From assembly GCA_000708835.1 (NCBI GenBank), contig DF236954.1:236052-300051 (forward strand): a stretch of DNA of 64,000 bases. The letters are read 5' to 3'. The translations under genes were made by a program, and so were the position numbers. Origin of the DNA: Klebsormidium nitens (Eukaryota; Plantae; Klebsormidiophyceae). Below, in pieces: positions 36,525 to 47,831 of the stretch. Under the pieces are notes generated by a model that saw nothing but the letters and a program-made list of their open reading frames with translations, was not told the DNA's origin and did not search any database. The stretch's first letter is position 1. Every line of letters begins with the position of its first letter.

Positions 36525-38270
36525 CGATCTCATCTTCGCCGTGATCATTGCCAGCTGCAAGCCTTTGATAGGACTCCACGCCTCCTTTTACCTGATTGTA
36601 TTAGGGAAAAAGCACTGCAGACTATGAAGGAATGCAAGAGGATTGAGCTCCACTGCACAGCTTCGGAATTGTCATTCGTAGGAATCTGGTGCTGAAACGA
36701 TTTGAAAGATGAAGAAAGTGGTGACGGCTTCTTCCAAAGAGTCATCAACCCTGGGAATAAATACAGAGTCATCAGCTTTTAGGCTTAAACAACGTCAGAC
36801 AAAGCTTTGGCTCTTTTACTGGCCGAGACTAGCGATTTCCCTTCAATCAAACTTGGCTCATAGTCGCGTGAAGGGCACATAGCCAAAACAAGTGGGTATT
36901 CCCATGCAATGCCGAACGGGGCGTGGTTTGGTTGCCGGCCACGTGCGGCCGCCTTAACTCTGGATTACCCTGGCTATGTAAATAAAATGCGGACGCTGAG
37001 GGCGTCCGATTGTCTCCAAACCCCAACAAAAAATGGCTTGTATCGCCAGAGCTGCCATTCGCCATAGCCCAGGAGTTGGTCCGGTGTCCGTCTGTGTGCA
37101 AGCGCAGGGATCTCAGAAAAAACAGCACGTGGCAAGCGGAACGAGAAGAAGATGGTAGCAAGAGGGACGTGTGTACGGTCAGGATGCACCAGAACTGGAG
37201 GCAGTGGAAACGCACGAACCTGTCGGCCACACCTTGCATGAGACCTGAAAGCTTTCAGTCCCCCTTCAGTACGCAATGCTGGGTCGCTGCAAACCCGGCT
37301 TTCAAGTCATCCTCACAAGGGGTATCAATCATGCAAGTTTTGAAGCTTAAAGACTTGGGCGCGCGCTTGTATGACTGTCAACATTTTGCGGAGGACTGAG
37401 TACGAATGAAAGCAAGGGCCGGCTCGGTTATCTGCGCTCCCGCACCCGATGGCCCTTAGTAACACCTACGGGATTCACCATTCACTTTCTCGAGAACGCC
37501 ATTCTTTCACTTGACGGTCGTTTTCGACACGACTTGCCGTAGCTGCAGCGAGTTGGAGGAAAAAGTTGAGCCTGGCAGCTGCACGCCGGGACTCCTTGTG
37601 CATGTATGCAGTGGCGTATTCGTCCGTTAAATATCGCTGGCAGAACAATCCTGCGGCTGCTGTTGGCCAGCCACTGCCCACGTGGCTGTTACGTGCGCGC
37701 GCACAGACGGCAACGAGGCCGACAGCGTCAGCCTATGGGGAAGCTAAACTCCAGGGCGGGTGCGAGCGAGTCGCGCAATGGCCGCGTCAGTGAGCCGCAA
37801 GCTCCGCACTGTCCGATAGGTGGACTAATCATAATCGGCCATCTGGGTCCGAACGCGCCCTCTGCTTGCCAACGCGCACGAACCAGGCCGGGGCCAGGTT
37901 TCAACCAAACTAAACAAAGAAATGGGTGTAATCTTTTACAAAGTGCTTTGGGAGTTTTTCGGAGGAGTTGTACAGAGGAAGAGAGGTTCTTCAGTAAGAT
38001 CGTAAATCATCGCAAGAAGCTACGGTGGAGCTGCAGGGAACAAGGGAGATTTTACATCATCAGATCGATCTATCAACCTGCACTTCCGGTTCGAGCTGTT
38101 AATGGGCGTTCGACACAGACCTTCAGCAGCCCAATAAGCGCCCCAAGTTCGTTGCCTGTTTCGCCATCGGGGGGTCTTGGCAAGAACCTTAGAGCCAAAG
38201 TTGCGCGTCAAACGCGAGAACAATGTGAAATAAAGACTGCGTCCTTCGCTGCATATAGAGGGCCGGACGG
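36525..38270. repeat. Diverged direct repeat A, copy 2
   Basis: Same shared words as copy 1, offset ~5.1 kb, same order and orientation. Confidence 0.8.
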
Positions 38271-40984
38271 TAACCTCTTACGTTCTACTTGGATAAAGGC
38301 TCGCACTGCTAATGACAAACGGCGAGGAAGATCAGTCAGTCACTTTTTTATGGTTACGGTTCTGCACGGTTGCCGGGCGGTTGCCTCGTGCATCTTTCTT
38401 GTCGCCTCTTCTCCGTTCTGCTCCGCCTGACCCGGCGGCGACCATCGGCGCTCCTGGCCAAGTCTCTTTTCCTACATCTCAGCGGCACTAAGGGCCGGGC
38501 CAGGCGGGCCACCTGGGCGGAACTGATTCAGCGAAATGCAACGCATCAGTCCCGGAGCAGCGCGGTCCGCTCGCGGCCGTGGCCGCGGCTGCGGCCAGCC
38601 CACGTCACTGCGAGTTTTTGCTCCTAAGATTGGACATCACAAAAAAGCGGACGAATCGATCCGATTCTCTGCAAGTTGCATCTTTCATTTTGAGATGTCA
38701 TCTTACGATGGCGTCCTCCCATACGCAGGATCAAGAATCATATGGTGAGGTCCTGGGATGGGCTGCGCACAAAGCTTGTTTGGGCACTTACTCAGCATGG
38801 GCAGAAAGTTGATTAAGACCTGCCTTCGAAGCCACACGTGAATCGCACGAGACACGAGTACGCAAAATAATTCGCTACTTGCTTTTCAAAAACGGATCAG
38901 AGTTGGAATTGTTTTGCGTAGATGACGATTCGGTGCGATTGTGGCTTCAAAGTCGCGGCTGTTAATATATGAGAGTCGTTGCCGATCACAAGATTTTAAA
39001 ATCACAGCCACCAAGTCCAGTTTGATCTGGTTCCAGTGGGCAAGAAGGAAGCCGGGCCCATCCATGAATTTTGCGCCAATCAGGACTGCAGCTTGCAATG
39101 CGCCCTTTGACAGACGGTTCTCATGACCGTTACACTACGGACATACTCTGTCTTGCATTCGTTATGCTCGGCGGAAGAACGCACATCAAAGACAGGTAGT
39201 GGGCACACGTCTTGCTGATGACCGTCAGCTTTTAGGCAGCTTGTAAAGACACAGGCGGCTCGTTCTCGCACCCCTTGCATGGCCAGAAGATGGGCCGGCA
39301 GCCAATGCCACAGTTTTGCGCTTGCCACTCTTGGCCGTTCCCTCCCAGCGGCTCTTTTCAAAGATAGGTTTGTTTGCATCAACCGTGCCGTCGGGTTCCA
39401 ATCTATTTAGGCATGGTTATCAAATTTGAGCCCTTCGATGCTTTCCTTGTCGTCGGTCGGACGGTCTAAGATCAGGAACGATGCTCGGAGCATTTGCACC
39501 CGATGGCAAATTTGAAGCAAAGAGCTGTACTGAAAAATCAAGACTACAGAGCAGAAGCCACATACAGCACTCTATCATCTTAAGCACCTTTTTGAAGTCT
39601 AACTTCCAATCTCTTCAAAGCATGCCTCAGAAAAAATTATCCTTATGAGTCGAACGTGTATCTACTCGCCCTTCTGCGGGAAACCCTGACATGGCCACAG
39701 AAAAAAGATCTAACTCACTTCACCCTATTTTAAAGATAGGGATCTCATCCGCAGTGCAAGCGAACGCCTCTGATGGTGGCGAGTAAGACCGCGACTAGCG
39801 CGGTGCCTTCATCTCAGCGAAAGAAACGGGCGGGACACCGACCACAAGATGGTGGCTGAAGCCGACCTGTCCGGGAGCACCCACGATGTTGCACGGCCAG
39901 TCTGCCATTCTTTAGCTGCGAATTCGAACTTTACGGATTCCGACAATATACCACACTTCCCGCCTTTTGACGGAACTATATTAAAACTCCGTCGAAAATA
40001 ACAAATGTGGTGCCAGATAAAGGGGCCCGAGCCTCTCGCTATCCCATTGGAATCACCTCAGACCTCGAGGACTCGATTGAAAAGAAATCCGTGCACGTGC
40101 AAATGAAGATGCGTAATAGCAAATTAAAAACAAAAGCGGGCCGGGGCAAGGGCTAACTCGTTTGCAGAGGCGCTCAGCTCTGAAAGAGGGCGCGGGCGAA
40201 GCAGCGTACTGACACCGTTTCGCAATATCAGAGCCGATGACCATTTTGATTGCACACAATAATGCCGATTTGCATCTAGCAAAGCAATACCGATACCCAA
40301 GGATTGCGGAGGAAATCGGTATGGAAGTAGCCCGTCCGTATCGGTGACCGAACAAAGTTGTACAACGCTCGCCCATCAGAAAAGACCACCTGAATCTGCA
40401 GTGCTTGCTTATCAAATTACGGCAGCTTAACAATTGCCCACATAGAGATTTTTCTTTATTTGGCTTCCATCCTGAGCTTAACCACATGAGCAGACCTCAA
40501 GCGAAGCTTTGTCATTGCCATTGAAAACCAATCCAATCAATCTCCCACAAAAAGCCAAACGCAAAGGGGGATATAATTGCGAGGTCGGTCAGTGGCGTGA
40601 TGGATACACATATTGCAGTAGCGAGAAATAAATGAGAGTCTCTTGGATGGAGCCCCAACTTGAACTGCAAAGGCAGACCGCTACTCCCAGCTTTGCGCAC
40701 CGTCAGAATACTAACCTCAACAAGGCAACAATTGAGTTTTGCAAGTAATCAGCTCGCCGGTTCCGTCGAATTCATCTGGATCAGCATGGCGCCAGCAAAT
40801 GAATCCGCCGCGTTGGTGGGTTGCTTGCGGTGGCGCGGCGCTTCCTGACTTGTGACGTTTTGGCGCCGCACTTGCGCTCCGACTTTCTGGGACACGTCCT
40901 CAAGGCTTCGGTTTGGTCATGAAGTTCATGAGAGTAGAACTCAGGGATGATAAAGTCATGGCCATGAGTGCCACTGGTAGGTCA

Positions 40985-41942
40985 CAGGGGGGATTGGTTT
41001 TCTCCCCCCCTTTCTCCCCCCCCTCTCTCCCCCCCGGGGGGGGAGACTACATTCTCCTCCGGAGGGGGAGAAGTCTTCCCCACATGAGGGGCGGAGAACG
41101 GTCTCCCCCACCTGACCACTGTGGGTGAGATTGTCTCCCCCAGTCGAGGACGGGGGGAGAATTCTCCCCCTCACTTTTGGAGAGGGGGAGAGAATTCTCC
41201 CCCTGCTCTCCCCCTATCCTCCAAACGAAGGCAACTTTCGAGCTGATTTAACAAGAATCTCAACAATAACAAATATTCGAAGGATGTTTAAGGAACTCGT
41301 ACTGTCCTCTAACGTTGTTAAAAGCATCAAATTCACTTAAAAGTTACATTGCTCGTTCATGTTACATTTGTCTAATTCTTCATCGGCGAAGTCCTCAGTA
41401 AGGCTGATTCCTTCATGTCGAACGGATAAAAACAGATGGAAAACACCAAAGGTGCTTCAATATACTTTCTGAAGAACCTCTGAAGGTGAAGAACGGGCTT
41501 ACGGAGGCGTAAAGCGCTCTCCAAACCAGCAAATGGCGCTCTTGAAAATGGCACCTGTAACAACTTTATATATGTTTTAAGCTGCCCCTCAAAAGTGCAC
41601 ACATATGAGATATACCACAGGTGGTTAAGGAGGCAGACCTAATGGCACAAGGACACCGGTTCGAACCCGGCAGGTGACAAACGTCAGGTTTTTGCAAGAA
41701 ACCATTTTTTTTTTTCCGTTTGAGCACTCAGAACCGTTCATGTCGGACTTAGCAAGCATACCCCGGTCCGTGTATTTACAATCTCCAAGCACTTTTGAAG
41801 AAGCGAAGCATTTCTGGAGTGGGGGAGAATCATGGGGGGAGAATTCTCCTCCACCGGGGGAGAGGGGGTGGAGAGTGACGGTTCTCCTCCCCCCGGGGAG
41901 AAGTGGGGGAGACAGGTGGGGAGACATGACCAATCCTCCCTG
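40985..41942. mobile_element. hAT-like non-autonomous element (MITE) with ggggag/ctcccc subterminal repeats
   Basis: 13-bp inverted termini caggggggattgg (40985) / ccaatcctccctg (41930-41942) with one mismatch. Dense ctcccc/ggggag motifs at both ends, including the perfect palindrome gggggagaattctccccc (41153-41170); AT-rich non-coding interior. The TSD is only partial (..ggtca on both sides). Confidence 0.65.
41615..41680 (+). pseudogene. tRNA-derived Pol III promoter-like sequence (degenerate tRNA, Leu-like)
   Basis: A-box-like ggtggttaagg (41620-41630), B-box ggttcgaaccc (41658-41668) inside a ccgg/ccgg T-arm, and T runs downstream. The acceptor and anticodon stems do not pair. Confidence 0.5.
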
Positions 41943-42349
41943 CCGGTCAAGCAGCGTGCACGTGAGTTCTTTATGGGCACCGCCGATGGTTTTGAAGAAT
42001 CACGCACAAGCCACGGGGTTCCAGCGAACGTTCTGAACCTCTGCCGATACGAAGGAAATAATGGAAGTAAGCACAACATCTAAAGCTGCAAGCAAACCAG
42101 TTCGAGTCTTAGCGATAATAACGGAACAAACACATTCGAGCAAGCCGCCGGAACACTTTCTTGAGCGACCCTAGCAACCTGACAGGTCCTTCCAACCCAG
42201 TCTACATTTGCAGGTGGCGCTCAAAATCCGAGGAGTCGAGACTTGGACCGGCGTTATTGACGAATGCGTCGTTCCTTGGTCATGCAATCACTAAGTCAGA
42301 ATGAGTAAGCAAGACCAAAATATCACCTGGAAGAGAACTCCGCATCAAA

Positions 42350-45130
42350 TAAAGACTGCCCAGTTTTCGGACGCTTGGCTCTAGCCGGGTGCCCTGCTGA
42401 TGAGACAAAGCTCCCAGCGAGGACTCTTCATAGCCCTCTCAACAGCACCATACATCAAAATTGGTTCTGGATCTAATTGTCGCTGAACCATCACGAAGAG
42501 CGGTACGTGCAGTGATCCAGTGAAGCGGTTTGGATCAACCAGGAGAGAGCAAAGAAGGAGAGCCTCTCTGCTCTTCTTGGTCCAAAGTCAATTACTTTGG
42601 AAATATTTTGGATCGCAACGTAGCTTGAGCCAGCAGTCACGAGAATCAAGGGCAAGTTCCATCTCGGAAGTTAATTAAGCAACGCTGCTACTGGACCGAA
42701 AATGCTGGCTACGAAGCGGCCCGAGCGCATCGCATCAAGGAAACCGCCTTGAAGACTCGGACGAGACGTCTGTGATCCGACTTCGGCAAAGATTCTTTTT
42801 CATGTATGTTACCGCACGCACATCTTAGCAGCACTCGAGACGTGCACCAAAAGCGGTGACGCTGACTATGTTCATTTGTGTGTTTGAAACAGAACTTGTC
42901 CTTCAAAACTCATGTCAGCGCTTCAGCGGCGCATGCAGGTTGTGTTTAATAGGATAATATCCGGACGTCTTTCTCGGCCAAAACCAGTCTCGTTTCGCCC
43001 GGCACGGCAAACGAGGCCGATGCAAACGGATTCCTACGGCCATGTCGGTGCACACTCTGGCACTGGCAAAGCTGGCTGAAACAAAGTGCCCTCACGGATT
43101 CTCCTGTACCAAACGGTGCTCTGTGCTTGCTACTCCGTTATCAGGACCGCGTCGTTACCTAGTTCGGAGGAGCGCCGAAACGTCGCATTTCGTGACGTGC
43201 CCCATCAATTGTGCCAGTCTTTGCTGGTGAAAGCAGCTTTACTGAGCTGGTGCAAAGAAGTTGGGGCCGCAATCGGCAATCACCGTGCTCACTGGCAATT
43301 GTGCTGGGGACTATGAAGTCGCGCATCCGACGCTCATGGGCCTACGTATACCTGCTAGAGTTGGCTGAGCGTGCCCAGAGCAAAAAGAGACTCACCTGCG
43401 TACTTCGAGGACTTTGGACTAGGTTGCACAAGATTTGGCGCCAGGAATTCGAAGTAAGGCTGGCGTCAGATTCACCTGAGTCCTCTGAGCAGAAGAGCCC
43501 AGGCCGGCCATACCTTCATTATAGCCTTCAAACGTGGGTTATGAATTGTCCAGACTCAAAAGTGGCGCCCTTTGACAATTGGGGAACTTCGATGGTGTGC
43601 CCATGAATGAAGAAATTGGTCCATATGAGACGATTTCAAACCAAAACCTCGACCCACAAACGAGCGCGATACAGAAACGCTTCGCCACGATTCATTGCTG
43701 CACAATGAGAAATACTACATGAGATCGTCGTCTTGACACAACGAGACGGTGAGAGGCGAGATTTTTTACATGCGCATGCACAGGAAGGGAGACCAATGGA
43801 ATGCACGTTTTAGAAATGTTTTACGACTGCGTTAGTAGTACCCTCAGGCGCATCCATGGCTCCCCGGTTGTTGAAGCCTGTGACTTTAGTCCGGTTTCGG
43901 ACGAGCCCTTCCGGGCAGAAAAGCAGCGAGTGAAAATTAAGAGGTACGTAAACGTTGACATTTCTGGCTTCGGATTCCTGTTGGCTTCTTGAGAACAGTG
44001 TCTCAATGCAGCCCCTCGTCGTTGCCAAGGACCCCTAGAAGGCCACTCCACTTTGGAATTCTTTGAGGAAACTCTTTAAGGCTATACGTCTTTGGCCGGG
44101 TTGTACTACCAGGTGTCTTTCAAACCGCACCACCGGCACGAAGAGAAGGCATCACAATACAAAAGGATGCAGATTTTGATTACAGTAACGAGTTTTCAGG
44201 AGGACCGTGATGAGGTCGATACATGTACGCTTGCTTGCATTTTACTCCGCCACCATATATGTCGGGGTCCAAGACGACGCGAGTTCGGAATGGAAAGTCG
44301 ACTTACAGAAAATGTCAGGAGGCTTGTAAAGATCAGTCACGATATTGCAAGGACCACAGAGAGTCGATTGGAGCGAACGTTTATCAGTCTGAATGCACGG
44401 AAATGAGTGCCGATTCTGGAACTCGTTCTCTAGCTCTTCAGCGTCAGACAAGCAGAGCATACAATATACGTAACTCTATATCGAATGACGCACTGAACGT
44501 AAGCGACAGATTGGGTGGTGCAGAAGGCAGCAACAGGAAGCCCTTTGAAGGTGCGCGCAGGCCGCGAGAATCCAGCGTTACCGAGTTCAAGGCGCCTTGC
44601 CACGCCATTTCGAATCAATTGAGACTCAGTATAGAGCATGTCATGAAGTGTGATTGAAACAGCCTGTTAGAGCTGAATAAATTTCGCGGTCAGCACCATA
44701 AGTTAGCACTACCATCAAGCACACCACCACTCTGAGAGGATTGAAAAGTGGCGTCATCTCCGTCTCGCGGAATTTATCATGCGCCCAGCGCGCAGTACAC
44801 GCTGCAGAAGAGACAAGACAAAAAGGACCATTACCTCACGCTACGGAATCGATAAGATGAAACCACACGTCCGGACTGCTACGATGTCAACCTCCGCGAC
44901 TTGGAGTTAGGACGTCCGCCAGACTTGAGCATCTTCTCAGGATCTTCTCTTCATGGCCACAATGGAGAACCAATCAATAAAAGATTCGCGGGATCAGCAC
45001 TTTGACGGGAACGCCAAATCTCTAAATTTGCACTTGTCCACTTTCTTTTAAGAGCGGTATACATTCAGATCAGATTATCTTGATCATCAGATCGAGCCGC
45101 AATCAGCAGCGAGCAGCGCAAATCTGGTGC
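42350..45130. repeat. Diverged direct repeat B, copy 1 (degenerate coding-like, unknown family)
   Basis: Colinear with 50460-52830: gttttcgg..gcttgg, tcttcatagcc (42425/50541), gagccctt.cg (plus-frame EPFR in both), accatcaagcac (44711/52459), gaatttatca, gagccgcaa.cagcagcgagcagc (45094/52793). Confidence 0.65.
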
Positions 45131-47723
45131 GAAACAAGCCCTCACACCCCGAAGTGTCCAGAAGTGACCGACAAATCTAGAGGGATCCGAGCTGCCCTCC
45201 AAAGAGAGTTTCTTTCTGGTTGGTCCTTCAAAGACAGCCTCTCTTCGGCTCCCACAACGAGATTGGAAACGAGATTGAACTTCAAGAGCTCCTGAGCGCC
45301 ATACAGCCACTGCAAACGTGACCAAGTTCTCTGTCCATGCCAGTGAAACCAGGCCACGACCTCAAGGTAAGCAAAGTGAGAAACAAAGTGTGCCAGTCTG
45401 ACACGGAAACTCTTCAATAGACGGGGACGCCAGTGACAATGCTGTAGCTTCTCTGAAGGGTTTAGGTAGCCTCTGAGCATTGCGCTCAAGTACAAAGGCG
45501 ATCAAAATTACGACACTGACGACAAAATAAGCAGTCCGGAAAGCTTATTGAACACGAGATGGTGGCTTCAATACTTGCGCCTTTCAGATATTTCCATCTC
45601 AATCACATCTCGAATCATGACCACAGGGCAACTTTCGGTGCATTTGCAAAACCATCGAATCAGAAAATCACTCGGCTTAACAAAATGAAGTGGTGCTTAT
45701 ACTGAATGTTTCGCTAGATGGCCTTACAAACGGGATCGACATAAGACTCAAAGAACGAAAATGCCTGCCTCCAGGATCCAAAAGTTTTGCCTGTGGCGTT
45801 CTACTCATTAATCGGGGGACCGATTAAGTCCAGGGGCCTGCCACGCGCAGACAAAACCTCCAATGGGATGAGTTTGATACAAACACCTAACAGCACGAGC
45901 AGAAAACTTCACCATGCCGGTAAGCCTCTCAGCGAGTCATAGTAAAAACGCAAAGGTACAAGCCCCGTTTCCAGAGAGTGTTTGCATCGAAGGCGCTTCT
46001 CAAGTTGAGCACAGTGGACAAACTCAGCAATCATTGAAAGCCCATCAACGGCGTTCCTCTAGTGATGGCCCATAGACGTTCCTGTGAACAAAAGCCAAAG
46101 CGTCACGTAATTATGAATCGCGAATTGGCCGACGAAGTAGGATCTCTGACGCGTGAGAGTCCAAGGAATCACCTTGGACCCGCATGACCCGGTCATGTTA
46201 CAATTCACTCACACACGCCGGACATGTTTCACAAGGAAACGCTTCGTCCAAATGAAACAGAGTAATGGGCCGAGAAAGTCCGCGCTAAGCGCCAACGTTG
46301 GCTTCAACGGCACTGCGTTCCACAATGAGCGAAGAAGCTCGGCTAGAATCATTATCATGGCCTTGTTGATCGAAAGAATCCGACTAAAAGGGGTCTCCTT
46401 CAAGACTCAACGATAGCTCACAAAGTCATGAGTCCAACGACTCGAACACGATAGAATGCTTAATCCTGGTCACGAGCCGGCGCAATACCAAAACGCGTCG
46501 CCGAAACCCTATGATGAACTCGGCTTCGTGGTTCGAGACTCAGACAGCGCCCCCGAGGATTTAAGCCTTCTTCAGAGCCAAGTGATTTGAAGAGGAACAT
46601 TCTGATATTGAAAGTCTTGCCAGATTGACACACTGCTGCCCGGATTGCACTTCCAGCTCTCTATTACACAGCACCATTTGACTTTACGGAGAAGGAATCG
46701 TACTGCATAAGAAATATTACTGCATAGGGTATCGTAGTCCATCGAGATCGGATCAGTCCTCCGCAGTGACGATAGACAGAACCTGGAAGTCTTTTTGTCT
46801 GCAACCGCTTGTCAACTACCGGCATTAGTTTGACCTACAAGTCTGGGGCTAATTTGAATGCGGCGCCGGGCTTAGACCACAGTCGGCAGCTCGTAGAAGA
46901 TTCAATGCGACAAATTCCACTTCTCACTGCACGAGCCACAGAGTGTCATTGTGACGCAAAATGATGACGTTGATCACGTCACAGGAGGAGAGGCTACATG
47001 GTAGATGCAATATAAAGATTTTCCTGCGGCTTAGAGTTCGGGGCCAGCGAATTCTCAGGAGCTAATTCTTCGTAGCCCCACGTCGGAAGTACGTACGTAG
47101 CGGGCAACCCGCGCAAGCACTCTTAAGAAAAACGCGCAACCATTTCGTTTACTGCAGTCCACCCGATCTACAATCCAGATTCCTGGATATGGTCAGAGCG
47201 CGATCAGCCAGGGATACAATATTGCAAGGCAGGTAAGAGCTGCCAAATTAGCTTACACCTCAAAGCAATCATTGAGAACACGAATAGTGCATCCGAGCCG
47301 CTCTTTAAATGGACGTCTTACATTTCCCTGAAAAAGAAGTCCTCTTTTGGGACGTAGGCGTCCAACTACAAAACGAAATTGCAGGGAAAAGACAAAGAGC
47401 ACACTACAGCGGTTGCAAACGGAGAAACATCTGCGTGACAGGCGCCATTCATCCCAAGCCACGTACCAAGTATATCCATGATTGCATAAATAGGCATCGC
47501 GAAACTCCTTTGGCAAACTGGCACACGTACGGATATTCTAGGCTGTCAGAGCTTCACGGAGCGCTTTCCTGACGCTGTGGTACGCCCTCGACACGACGCC
47601 AATCACGGCTACAAATCTTACCAGCAACCAGTTAGTCGAAGACGAGAACGTGGCCTCAAATCACTTGCCTCCGCTGGCTGAAGTGCACATCCCGATCGAT
47701 GTAGTGTACAGTAACAGCCAGTG

Positions 47724-47831
47724 AACAGTAACGGAGACGGGTAGGGTTAGTTAGGGGGTTAGGGTGGGTACGGGTGCGGAGCGGGTGATCTTTTAGGTTA
47801 GGGTTTTTAGTACCCCAAAATGCTTACTGTT
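47724..47831. mobile_element. Mini element with 8-bp inverted ends and a TTAGGG-rich core
   Basis: aacagtaa (47724) / ttactgtt (47824-47831). Core 47738-47787 is the reverse complement of 16735-16784 with 3 mismatches in 50. Confidence 0.55.

Noticed and set aside
31445-38270. Interpretation as a full LTR retrotransposon (repeats as LTRs)
   Set aside because: No TG..CA ends, TSD, PBS, PPT or gag/pol remnants were recognised in the 3.4-kb interval; kept only as unclassified repeats.
41615-41680. Functional tRNA gene
   Set aside because: The acceptor and anticodon stems do not pair; only A/B-box and T-arm features remain.
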